36,951 nucleotides of DNA, from assembly GCA_013265495.1 (NCBI GenBank), contig MU061579.1, forward strand, positions 854,872-891,822. The letters run 5' to 3'. Positions within the stretch are counted from its first letter, which is position 1. The number at the start of each line of letters is the position of its first letter. This DNA comes from Vicugna vicugna (taxonomy: Eukaryota). Shown here in pieces: positions 10,344 through 21,697 of the stretch. The position numbers and the translations under genes were made by a program. The notes below the pieces were generated by a model. The model did no database searches and was not told where the DNA came from. It was given only the letters and a program-made list of their open reading frames with translations.

Positions 10344-12016
10344 TAGGCTAGTTGCTATTGTGTTGAATTGAAAACCTTTGATGGTCACTCTCCTGTCCCT
10401 CTGCCTTTCTCTTGCAGCGTTCTGGGTACATTCTTAATCTCTACAATTTCTACTTAGAGACAAAATGCTCTCCTGCCACACCACCCTAGTTTTCTGTGTA
10501 ATTTTTTAAACTATTGATCGGGGGTGGGGAGAAATCTATTTGACTTAATGATTCTATATTATCCTGTTTGTCTCAACGCATCCTTAGAGTTAAATACAGT
10601 AAAAAGATTTTTAAAAAGGATATTTATTTTCTAAAAAGTGAAAGTGTCTTACAGTATTTGAGACTCCAAGACTACAGAACAGAATTCTCATTTTTTTCTT
10701 AGCACTGCGATTTGTGTATTATGTACGTGCTTCAACTTCTCTGCAGAATTTCCAGGAATCTGCTGAATGATGTCCACATTAATTTCCCTAATAAATCATA
10801 AATTTGAAACAGATGGGCAATACTTACTGGGAAACTGGGTGACACACAGTATCCCTACAAAGTTTTTCAATGCTGGGGCTTTTCCAAAGCAACAGGACTA
10901 AATGATGTCATCTTGTAATATCCTCTCTAGAGATGGGGTGAAAGTTAATGAGTCTGATCTTTCCAGTGGTCAGTAAGCTAACGTCCATTATATTAAGATC
11001 TTGATCATGACATGGATTCAGATGATCAAACTGCTGGCCCCTTTAAAAATGGAATCTATGAAAGAAACTCCGACAAATGCCTAAGAATATCTGTGCTAAT
11101 GGTTAACTGTGTACATAATGATGCTGTTTATCCACTGTTCCTCTTTTACTGATTGTTTGAATTTTAGCTAGCTGTCTTCAGCCAAAACATCTAAACACCA
11201 GGATCATAAGCTGTTAAGAATGACATACAGAAGAATGTGACTTTTTCCCCCTGTATTTTGACTTTTGGCTTGCCTATCTACACAACCCATTCTTCAAAAT
11301 AATTTGGAGAACTGAGAAGTTTCAAGGAGAGAAATGGAAACTTGGAGAACTTTATTGAGGCATTTGTACTAAGAATAGTCAAAAAGGAAAAAAAAATCAT
11401 TTCTCTAAAGACATACCATCTTGAGCTGTGATCTTGCCAATTCTTAGTAGCTGAGTAGGGTCAGTTCCTCTCAGCACTTGAATGTGAGATCTCAGGAGAT
11501 AACATAAAGGCCTGAAAGAAATGGTGTTTGTGATTTTTTTTAAATAAGTTATAACTTTATTCTTTCAGATTTCGTCCAGGACCCGTAGTAGAGCTAAGGA
11601 GATTACTGGCATGTTAACTTTAAAAAGAAAGTTAACAAAAAGCAATTATTTTATTAGGAGTTCCTGTGTATTTTGTAAATTCATTTGTGTTTTCAGTATC
11701 ATTTATAAACTGACATGTCATTATTGCCTTTGTCAGATTAAACACATTCTTACTACAAAGCTTCATATTCTATATGCAAAATAGGTTTAGGATAATCATG
11801 TTTATAATTTTTTCCCTGAACCTCTAATTTCTTCCATCCTTTTCCTGATCACAAAGAAGAGAGGAGTAAGGCTGCAACTAATGTTTTAAAGTGTGTGAGG
11901 AAACCTAAACTCTGCTCGTGATGAGCACGCATACACTTGCTTACTCCTGAAACAAGGCTGAGGAAAAGTATTTAAACTGCCTAGTATGCTGACTGGTTTT
12001 CCGTGACTGCCTCTCT

Positions 12017-12959
12017 TAATAGATATTTTTCTGAAGACATACGGATGATCAATAGGCACATGAAAAGATTCTCAACAGAGCTAATCGTTAGAGAAATGCA
12101 AATCAAATTCACAATGGGATATCACCTCCCACCTGTCAGAATGGTTATCATCAAAGAGTCTGCAAATTAACAAATGTTGGCAAAGATGTGGAGAAAAGGG
12201 AACCTTAGTACACTATTGGTGGGAATGTAAATTGGCCCAGCCACTGTGGAAAACAGTAGGCGAGTTCCTTAAAAAAATATAAAAATAGAACTACCATTTG
12301 ATCCAGCATTTTCACTCTCAGGAATATATCTGAAGAAAACAAAAACATTAATTCAAAAAGACACCTACACCCCAGTGTTCATAGCAGCACTATTTACAAT
12401 AGCCAAGACATGGAAACAACGTAAATGTCCATCGACAGATGACTGGATAAAGAAGTTGTGTTATTTATATATATATATATATACACACACACATACACAC
12501 ACACATACACACAAGAATACAATTCAGCCATAAAAAATAAATAAAATTTGCCATTTGCAACAACATGAACGGACCTAAAGCATATTATACGCTTAGTGAA
12601 GAAAGTCAGACAGAGAAAGTCAAATACTGTAAGTAATCCCTTATATGTGGAATCTAAAAAAAAAATGTATGTAACAAAACAGAAACAGACTCACGGGTAT
12701 GAAGAACAAACTAGAGGTTATCAGTGGGAGGGAGAATGGTGAAGGGGCAAGATAAGGGTAGGAGATTGAGAGGTACAAACTATCACATTTAAAATAAACA
12801 ATCTACAAGAAAATATTATGCAGTACAGGGAATATAGCTAATACTTTATAATAACTTTAAATGGTGTATAATCTATAAAATATTGAATTACTATGTTGTA
12901 CAGCTGAAATTATTATAATATTATAAGTCAACTATATATACACTTCAGGGGAAAAAAAA
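12017..12959 (+). mobile_element. 5'-truncated LINE-1: ORF2 C-terminus and 3'UTR with A-tail and internal (TA)n(CA)n
   Basis: 'gaaatgcaaatcaaa', 'cacctgtcagaatgg', 'gtggagaaaagggaacc', 'gttcatagcagcactatttacaatagccaagacatggaa', 'gtacagggaatatagc', terminal A-run. Confidence 0.93.
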
Positions 12960-13469
12960 TCAAGCTTTTATTTGACTGGGCACTCTAATTATCATGGATC
13001 TTAGCATCCACACACTCCTAAAACTTTATGGGTACATTCTTTCCATTGGCCCATCCTACTTTTTATTATTCCTCTGTTCTTAAGTAGTTTTTTTCTGGTT
13101 CCCAATGCTGTCTTCCAATGTTGCCTATGACTATCAGAAAGAATTCTCAAAGATGCAGAGCTAAACTTACTGCTTATCTTGAAGACCAACAGTGCTCACT
13201 ATCTACAAGCCTCCCAAACTTTGCTCTTTCTTGATATAAATTCCCTTTCCTCCAGTCATATGTAATTACATATAATTTCTTAAATATTTTATGCTTTTAG
13301 GAACTTCCTTTTTTTCACATTGCTCTTTCTGCTATTGGAAATTCCATTTTTATTCTCATATCTGGATCATGGGTCTTTGCCTGGCCCCCATAAAATTCTA
13401 TTCTGCTTATCCTAGCTCTATTCTCACACCCAGTGAAATGTCTTTGTTTGTATCTCTAGCAGAAATGAA

Positions 13470-13575
13470 GTTTCTCTAGAAATGAATTCCTAACTTCTCA
13501 ACACCTAATTGAAGGCTAGGTTAGAATGGATGGTCAACAAATATTTGTTGAATATATGAATCAGTAAATGAATAA
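13470..13575 (+). mobile_element. LINE-2 3'-end relic
   Basis: 'tcaacaaatatttgttgaatatatgaatcagtaaatgaat' matches the L2 terminal repeat. Confidence 0.5.
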
Positions 13576-13885
13576 TACCAAGATATATAATGATGGAAGA
13601 AAGTGAAAAAGGAGGGGCTATAATTTGGGAATATATAAACAAGTGCTCTTTAAAACCCATGACAAATTTAATGACAAGATTTTTGCTGCTCTTAAGTGTA
13701 TTTAGGTCTTTGTTCCATTACTGTTTTATGAGTTTACTTTTTTATTCTAGATTATTTTCTATTCTAGATTGCTTCCTGATGGAAGCAACTATTTTCAGAA
13801 ATAAGCTTACAAGTGTATATAAAAGACAGAAATCTCAATGGTGTGGTTGTAGAAATGCTAAAAAAAATTTTCAGACAGATGTAAT

Positions 13886-14459
13886 TGTACTAGGAAAGAA
13901 CAAATCTGACTCAATATTGGATCTTTTTTTGGGGGGGTGGGGAGAGAGTCTGGGAGAGTTTGCTTGCTTTCTTTTTTTTTTTTTTTTTACTTTAACCTTT
14001 GTATTCTACTGCTTTTGCTACAAGTCAATCCCTAAAGAGATGTTGCCGATAGCTTAAAGTATACATAATGGCCCATCTCTGGGAACCCTGCCTCCTATGC
14101 CTGAGCATTAAACTGAAATACCTTTGTTTAGCTCACAGGAAACATCATGACCAGGCCCACCTGTGAATGGCTGCAAGAAAGAAGGCATTTTAACACACCC
14201 CGTCTGGAATCTGGCCAGAACCAGGAAATATTTGCAACAATTTATTGCCTTTTTTATTTTACTTCCTCAACCCCTCCCTTTGTTCTGTAAAAGAGACTAG
14301 TTTCCTAACCGAGGCAAAATGGTTCTTTGGGACACTAGCCTGCCATCTTCTTGGTCTGCTGGCTTGCTGAATAAAGTCGCTATTCCTTGCCCCAACAACT
14401 CATCTTTTAATTTACTGGCCTGTTGCATGGCAAGCAGTATGAGCCTGGACTCGGTAACA
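13886..14459 (+). mobile_element. ERV1-class solo LTR with 4-bp TSD (TAAT)
   Basis: Begins TGTAC, ends GGTAACA. TAAT flanks both sides (13882-13885, 14460-14463). TATA-like 'tgtaaaa' and AATAAA ('ctgaataaagtcgc') in LTR order. Confidence 0.88.
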
Positions 14460-16666
14460 TAATTATTCTGGAAATTAGAGAATTGGATTTATGATTTATA
14501 ATTTTAAAATTGAAAACTGAGGATACAGTAAAAAAGTGTTTTGCTTTATCTCAGTGTCCTTCCATTTATGCCATGAAGTAAAGTATGGTTAGTGAAGTAG
14601 AATAGAGTTGGATTCCAATATCTGACTCAATTATTTATTGTATTGTGGTACTGAACTGGTATCCTAATTGTTTTCTTTTAGACCTGTTAAAAGCCCATGC
14701 CTCTCACAGAGTAGAAGTCCAATAAATTATTGTAATCTGACATTCTTTTCACAGATATGTATTAAATTTCTTTTAATATATAAAGCATTTCATCTTAGCT
14801 TTGCAAAACTCTGGAGCCATTTCCAGCTTTTTCAAAGGAGAGATCAAAATACTGGTTCAAGGGGAAAAAAGTTTCCTGGGGACACTGTTGAAAGTGTCTC
14901 CCAGATTGGCAATAGTCCTTACCTTGGCCTCATACTGAGAAGCTTGGCCCAACATATGTGATACTAAACTTATGCACACTCTAACCATTTTGAGTTTCAG
15001 TCATTAGATTTCAGAAAACATATGCAAAGTAGTCTCCAAAAATCAATTATACAGCAGAATAATACTGATATTGAAATATTAATAAAGGTCCTAAGAGACT
15101 GTTCAGTTATTTTTGCTCCAAATATGGTAAATTTCTCCTCATGTATTATACATGGTTTAAATTTGTGTAACATAAATAATACATAACTAAGTAATTTATT
15201 TATAAGAAATACACATTTTTGTTCATCTTCTCAAGTTCCACAACACATTGTTATTCATAATTGTAGATAAACTAATCACCTTGTCAGCTGACTATTGGTC
15301 AATGGGCATAAAATGTAAAACCATTAGGATGACTCATATCAACTTCTGATAACTGTTCAGAGTCATTAAAATGTTTAATTTCAAAGGAAAGGTAGATATT
15401 CATGAATTGATCGTCTTATAATCTAGCCCAATAAATTTTCTTGTGTAAATCCATTTCATTATTTTGAATTTAGTACAGTGGTAATATAGATAAAATTCTA
15501 ATATTGAAAAAATATATTTAACAAAATGCAGTATCTAAGCTCTTCATAGAGTAAGTAATATTCTTTATTTGATTTGAAGAAATAAGCTCTTAGAAATAAG
15601 ATGCAATGTCTTGACAGACATAATTTTTGCAAGGATAAAGTCTCATTAGTCTCAAGGAATTCCAAATAAGGATTTCAGAATTCATCAGATTAGCCAATGT
15701 TAACAATAGCGTAGTTAAGATTTCTTGGTATATGAACTAATCTGGAAAAGTCTTAGAGATTATCATTCCAGTGAAATTCTTCCTTCACTTTTACTCTCTG
15801 GGAGTTAAAAATAAAAGCAAACTGTGTCCGTGTTCTATTCAGTCTGAATGCAGTCAAATGGGTTTGTTGATTTGAGCCTAACTTTATTCTCACATGAGAT
15901 GCTATGGAATAAAATCAGAAATAAATTGGCACTGCAGTTACAATTCTATTCCCAGCTTTTAACAAGATGTTCATGGGGATTAGTTTTCAATATATTTCAG
16001 AAAATGCAGCAAATGCAAGTTAGTATTTTTTGAAATTTTTTCTTAAATTTCAAAAAAAAAAAAGGCATAAACAGGTGTGTGGGCACAAAAAAACTTTTTT
16101 CTTAAGTAAATACCAAATCAAGAAAATGAGTATCCACGTCTGTGTTAAATTCCAGTCTTCTGGGTTCATCTTCATTTTACTTTCTGCTTTTTTGACTTCC
16201 ATCAGCCCAGAAAGTGATACAGTTCTAGTCAGCCATCAATATGTAAAACCATTCTGGGATAATAATGGTGACAATACTATCAGTAAATCAGTAAATAAAT
16301 TTATTGAACAATTATAAGATAAAGCCAGTTATTTAACAAAAATTTTCATTTAATGGATTCATTTTATAGATTAGTTTTTACTTAATCCACAAAAAAGAAA
16401 ATGCCTTTAGGAAGTTACTTTTATAGTCTGCATTTTACAAAAGAAGAAAATATAGAGTGGCCACATGGCACAACAAACTTAAAAGAACTACTACTGCAAA
16501 ACTGATGTTAAGAAAAAAAAACACTAAAAGAATTGCTTAATTATTACATTACATTCATCCTTTATCTCACTTTTACTTTAATTCCTACAGTCAATGATCA
16601 AATCTTATTTATCTTTAACATCCCCCAGTACCAATGCCATGTAAAGTTCATAGTTGATAATACTTG

Positions 16667-16734
16667 ATTGGTGGAAACATGAAATATATTTTTTCTCTCT
16701 TCTATTGGTGGAAATATGAAACATACTTTTTCTC
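16667..16734. repeat. 37-bp tandem duplication, two imperfect copies
   Basis: 'attggtggaaacatgaaatatattttttctc' (16667) and 'attggtggaaatatgaaacatactttttctc' (16704). Confidence 0.8.
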
Positions 16735-17289
16735 AATAGTTATGCATTATCAACTGAGTGCTTTACAACAACCTCCTTTGACTAGTTTTCAGTCCTCAGT
16801 TGTGAAGGGGTTTCTGTTCTCTGGCAGTAATCTGTTCTGTTGTCATTAGCTTCATTACTGGCCTTTTGCCTGTGAGGTGGTTGGCATTTCCTCCAGACCC
16901 TGCAGGATTCCCATTGGCTAGGTAGCTTTGTCAGCCAGCACGCCGTCTCTTCCTTTGACTTGATCATGAAATTCCTAATTCCTACCTCAGGAAAGACTCT
17001 AGATCTCAGAGTGCAGCAGAAGAAACTGAATCTTGGAGCCCAAGGAGGGCTCAAGAAATTCAGGGGGCTAAGTAAGTATTTTCCCATTTTTTCAAGTTTC
17101 CTGGATTACTATCTAATTCGATTATGCCTGTGAAGGGTAATTTCTCAAAATTTAATTTTTGCTGATTGGCAATGGGACAAACATGTTCCATGTTTCTTGA
17201 GAAAAGAATAAAACTTGGAGTCAAGAGGGTAAACAATACATTCATTACAGGGAAGCTACAAAATCACCTTCATATGACTTTCTCTACCT

Positions 17290-17505
17290 TTTGCTGCCTT
17301 TCCTTATTACTCTCTCTCCCTTCCCCTCCTGCCTCCCCCCTCTTCTTCATTCTCTTCCTCCTCTTTTTTTGCTTCCATCTCTATCTGCTTATCTGCAAAC
17401 ACACACACACACATGCATATGTACACATCTCCATATAGATATGAAGACTGATTGGTAAGTGTAAATGGATAGATAGGTAGGTAGATGGATAGATGGATAG
17501 ATACA
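17290..17505. repeat. Low-complexity block: polypyrimidine tract, (CA)n, (GATA/GATG)n
   Basis: Read directly. Confidence 0.85.
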
Positions 17506-17656
17506 TAAACCAGAGTATTATTTTTATAGAAGCCAACAAAGATCAGAATAATTCATTAGAGGACAAGTAATCACACATTCTAAAACCAGGTGCTTGAGAG
17601 ACTATGAGGAATAGACTGAAGACTGTGAAACTGCTTTTACTTACAATATCCCTTAC

Positions 17657-17800
17657 CTCAGCCTAGGCTACTTAAACAAAGCTGAAAAATTCACTGGAAG
17701 GTTGAAGGAACTGATAGCTAAAGTTTCCTTAGAGATATCAAAGTGCATTGTGATCCCCTTGCAGAGTTTGAGGAAACAAGTAGTGGTATTCGGAACTAGC
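17657..17800 (-). other. Candidate 144-nt spliced non-coding exon
   Basis: Minus strand: CTAAT branch point about 35 nt upstream, AG-free tract TTTTGTCTCCCTTTGCTCTTTTGTCTCAG, 144 nt with stops in all three frames, GAG|GTAAGG donor. Confidence 0.4.
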
Positions 17801-18077
17801 CTGAGACAAAAGAGCAAAGGGAGACAAAATTCCATTAGCAAAAAGCTGTGCTTACAGGTTCTGCCAGGTTCAGCAACAGGTCTCTGACAGAACTTACTGT
17901 GGATTAATTTGGGGGAAAGAAAACAAGAAGTCCTATCCAAGACAGATCCATGATGCTTTGTGACCTTACTGGAAAGTGGCTTGAGGTGGAACATTCAATA
18001 TGGAGCTGATAGGTTGTAAGTTACCAGCTGGAGTGATATTTCCAGCAAAAGGAGCAGTAGGCAAGAGATTCCCAACA

Positions 18078-18124
18078 GTGTGTGTGTGCGTGTGTGCGTG
18101 TGCGTGCGTGTGTGTGTGTGTGTG
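18078..18124. repeat. (TG)n/(TGCG)n alternating purine-pyrimidine microsatellite
   Basis: 'gtgtgtgtgtgcgtgtgtgcgtgtgcgtgcgtgtgtgtgtgtgtgtg' read directly. Confidence 0.92.
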
Positions 18125-18639
18125 AAATAATACAAGCTCCCTCTGAAAGAAAGGATTAATAAATATTTGGTATCAGCCACACCCAGATTACAACTGTAAG
18201 CAGTTCATTAAAAACATTCGTGTCCCTTTTCTTTCCCATCTGTTCAACCCCTGCTCAGGAGTTGCATTTAAACAGCAGCTGAGTGAGAGAAAAAGGAGAT
18301 GAATTGAGAAATAGAGAAGGGAAGGAGACAACTTCACTTTCTTCCTCACTGTAAGTTTCTCGGGCTGAGATTGACTCAAGCTACACAAGGGATAAATATA
18401 CACATGAGATTGTGACGTGTTTATATTTCTGGGCTGAAATTAGTACCTGGCAAAGCGGAGAGTCACTTATTATCTGGGAGTGATCACAAAAGTTACGAGG
18501 CAGGCCAGGGATTGGAGGAGTAGGAGTGGAGCCGAGTGGGATCGGAGGAAGGAGAAAGACCATTAATAAGGAAAATAAAGCAGCCATTTGAAAGGGCAAA
18601 GAATTACTCCGTTTGACCCCTACACAGCACAGCTCATTC

Positions 18640-18710
18640 AGTTATATGCATAATCATGATTACGATGTGCCATTCGCTGGGCTAAGTGCTTTATATACAT
18701 TATCTTTTTT
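18640..18710 (-). mobile_element. MIR fragment, antisense
   Basis: 'tacgatgtgccattcgctgggctaagtgctttatatacattatct' resembles 'tactatgtgccaggcactgtgctaagcgctttacatacattatctc'. Confidence 0.55.
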
Positions 18711-19395
18711 AAAATTCTATTAAATTTAAACTTAACTGGCAAACATTGTCTTACTTGGTAATTAAAACACCATTATGGAAGAAAAGCAACTAGAACACCG
18801 TAAGCACAGTCTTTATTGGCAAATGGTGGGCATAAAAAGGCTCTGGAGGGGCGTTCAGACTTGAGGAAGGTGGGGAAACACGGGGCTTCAGCAGGAGGAT
18901 GTCCATTGAAGCTCAGCTAGTTTCAAAAAAGTGACTAGCAGAATTGTTTTTGAGGACTAGTAGCTATTGTTTACTTATCAAGAGTGGTGAAGAGAAGTCC
19001 TGTGCAAGAAAGGTTAGTAAGAAACTGATGCAGGACACAAAATCTTGGGAAGGTGAAGTCTTCAGAGGAAAATTCTCCAGCACCCTAAGCGTCACTCACG
19101 TGGCTTTCATATCAGCAAAACTTTAGAATTTATTGTCCCATCATGAAAAAAAAAATGCTTTGGAGGACTGGTTTTAACTTTTAGATACATTGGCAATAGT
19201 GAAAGAGAATTATTTTAAAGACAAATATTTTTTTTCATAGTATCTTTTTCAAGCCAAGTTAATTTTATTTGGAAAATTAACATGCCAAAGATTCAAAAAA
19301 TTCTTCCAGTCTTGGGGGAAAATGTTTCGAAAGGTTAAGGGTGCTGATTTTGTGTTGTTTATCCCAAAACCAGGCTCAGAAATTCTTTTTCCTAT

Positions 19396-20187
19396 TGTGG
19401 GAGCCCATGACTGGGTTAACAAATTGTAACAGACCCCAGCCACTTGTCTCCTTAAAGAAGAGCAAATGTGCTTAGTAACTGCCTTGCTTGCATAGTTGAG
19501 GTTTTAGATAGCACTCTGCTCCTTGCAAAGCAACGACCCAGGCCCTCGGCTATAAACGCTGGGCTTGCCTGCTGTTAGTCTTCTATCCCCAAGGCAAGGA
19601 ACTGGCTGGGCTGGTGGTCTGCTTTAACATATCTATAAGAATGTATCTTGCTCCCCTCTTCCCATGACTTCCCTAAAGGTAAACTGTAGGCCCCCAAAGG
19701 AAGAGTCTTGGGCCGGAATGGTAAACAAGTTATAAAAAGCTGCAGACTCAGAGGTGAGAAGGCTGGTTAGCCAATGACGGATAAGACCCCCAGAGGGGGG
19801 CAACCTAAGACAGGCACAGCCCCCCCGAGTCCAAGAAAAAGGTTAAGCAGCTTCTTCTTAGACGTCCCGCCCTGATAAGCTGTAAGGCTCGCTGATGCCA
19901 ACACGAACATGACTTACCAAAGGATACAGGATCTTCTGACCTTGAGCCAGACTCTGCAGTCTCGATCCCACCCTGTCTTTCCCTAAATTCCTGCATCCCA
20001 TCACACAATTGTCAATGATTTCTCCTTTGATTGTACACAATAAATGTGGGGGCATTTGAGAGGTTTGTGGAGTTGGCTCCCAACTCCCTCTCTCTTTCTC
20101 TCGGCTTTGCCACAGAGTCTTGAGTAATTCATTCCATCTTGGTGGGACTTCTGCTGGCCAGAACCCACAACTGGTGATGAACCCACA
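19396..20187 (+). mobile_element. ERVK/betaretrovirus-like solo LTR (~790 bp)
   Basis: TGTGGG...CCCACA terminal inverted repeat, 6-bp flanks TCCTAT/ACCTAT (5 of 6 identical), internal CCAAT, TATAAA and AATAAA, elevated GC and CpG. Confidence 0.78.
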
Positions 20188-20239
20188 ACCTATGATTTAT
20201 GATTTGGAGAATATGTTAGAAGTGTTAGACACATCCCTG

Positions 20240-20727
20240 TGAAGGGGTTCAGAAGGATCCTACCCAAAATGTGCCGTTTTGGCATGTGGATAATTTTGGG
20301 CTGAAGATGATCAAAGACAAAAATACCCTAGGAAGAACTTTCTAACACCCCCCCAACTCCTTAAGTACCTAAAATAATTTAGATGGGGGCCTGACTCAGA
20401 GAGAGAGAGCTATTACCGGAGATAACCTTTATCTGAATGACCTACCTGAATAGAAGGGCAAATATCCAATTACCAAACATCTGCTTTTCTTATCAGACTG
20501 TGTATTACCCTCCTCCCCGCTGAAGCCCCAGGCACTATCTCATTCCTTAGCTCAGGACAGTTTATAAGCCTCAACTGCCTGACTTGCCTTTGGGTCTCAT
20601 ATCTTAGGGATCCTGTATATAAAATATTAAATTTGTTTTTCTGCTGTTCATCTGTCTTGTATTAATTTAACTATTAGATCACCCAAAGAACCTAAAAGGG
20701 TAGAGATAATGTCTTTCCTCCCTCAGA
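20240..20727 (+). mobile_element. ERV1 solo LTR, MER34-like
   Basis: Start 'tgaaggggttcagaaggatcctacccaaaatgtgccgttttggcatgtggataattttgggctgaag' and end 'gaacctaaaagggtagag...tttcctccct' match recalled MER34A termini. Confidence 0.8.
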
Positions 20728-21277
20728 TTTGTCACTATGATCTCTAGTTTTTCAACCACATTCCTTAAACCACCCTAAAAAAAAAAAAAAAAAAAGCTTA
20801 TTTTGAGAGCAATTTTTACAAACTGGCCCAAACCAAGACATACCACTTTAAGCAAATATAAAGGGGGTGAAAAGAAAAAGTAACAAGTATGCAAGACTCC
20901 TCTACCTATTTAAAAACATTTAAAATATGAATTTTCCCCAGAATGTAGATAAGAACAAGGTGGGAATTTTCTAGCTATTTACAGATAGGAAAATTTATAT
21001 CTACACGATAAGGACTAGTATTCTGCAAATGTTTTCTATTTTTATGCTTCATGTAAAAAATATGTTTCAAAACATTGGTAGATACTTTATCGTTCTCTAA
21101 CGATGCATGCAGTCTGATCATATCTTATACTTGATCTTAGAAACAGGATGGTATTTATATGGTGACGGCTCAAAGAACCAGCTCTTATCAAATATAAAAG
21201 ATTGATTTTGTGATCCACCATTATGTTAGGTAATGTCAAGAAAAGAAAAAAATGCTGTTAATTAGAACACAATGTTT

Positions 21278-21697
21278 TGTCGACTGAAAACAAAAATGCA
21301 TGACCTAAAAGCTGAGAGTTTCATTTCTGAGGACAAGTTCAAGATGTTACGTCTCAAATGGCTCTTAGAGACTTACTCAAAAGAGGTAGCGGGGAGTCCA
21401 GGATATAGAGGAGTTTTTTCAACAAAGACAAAGTAGTCGGAGCATTAAAATTAAATTAAAGAAGGCCAGATATCACAAGTCAAGGAATTTAGCGCTTTTC
21501 TTTGTATAGGAACATGTAAAAATCCGGGGTTACTGAAATCATCCTTTTAATAGGCACCTACCTATCTAGAGCCAGTATCCGGTTCTTTCTCTATCTTAGT
21601 TCTCTCTGGCTCACCCTGCGGGGCGGCAGTAGTGGCTAATGACTTGACCACGGCATCCTTTGTTTACTGATATGGCAAGCAGTATTTTTCATTCACA
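21278..21697 (-). mobile_element. ERV1 solo LTR, MER41-like (laurasiatherian type), 4-bp TSD (GTTT)
   Basis: TG...CA ends with GTTT on both sides (21274-21277, 21698-21701). 'tgtcgactgaaaa...cctaaaagctgaga', 'caagtcaaggaatttagcgcttttct', 'catcctttgtttactgatatggc' match antisense MER41-like consensus as recalled. Confidence 0.82.

Noticed and set aside
11569..11617. FRPGPVV peptide resembling the SEA-domain FRPGSVV motif after an acceptor
   Set aside because: The catalytic serine is absent, a stop follows within about 15 codons, and no other SEA-like exon is visible.
13590..14057. Longest ORF in the track (155 aa)
   Set aside because: It runs from AT-rich DNA into a solo LTR across homopolymer runs, has low-complexity F/L/G composition and no recognisable domain.
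14878..14902. Short hairpin GGGGACACT-gttgaa-AGTGTCTCC as a possible ncRNA or terminator
   Set aside because: The stem is too short for a pre-miRNA and such hairpins are expected by chance.
20170..20187. Primer-binding site indicating a proviral internal region
   Set aside because: Only TGGTG resembles a PBS, and no gag/pol/env sequence follows.
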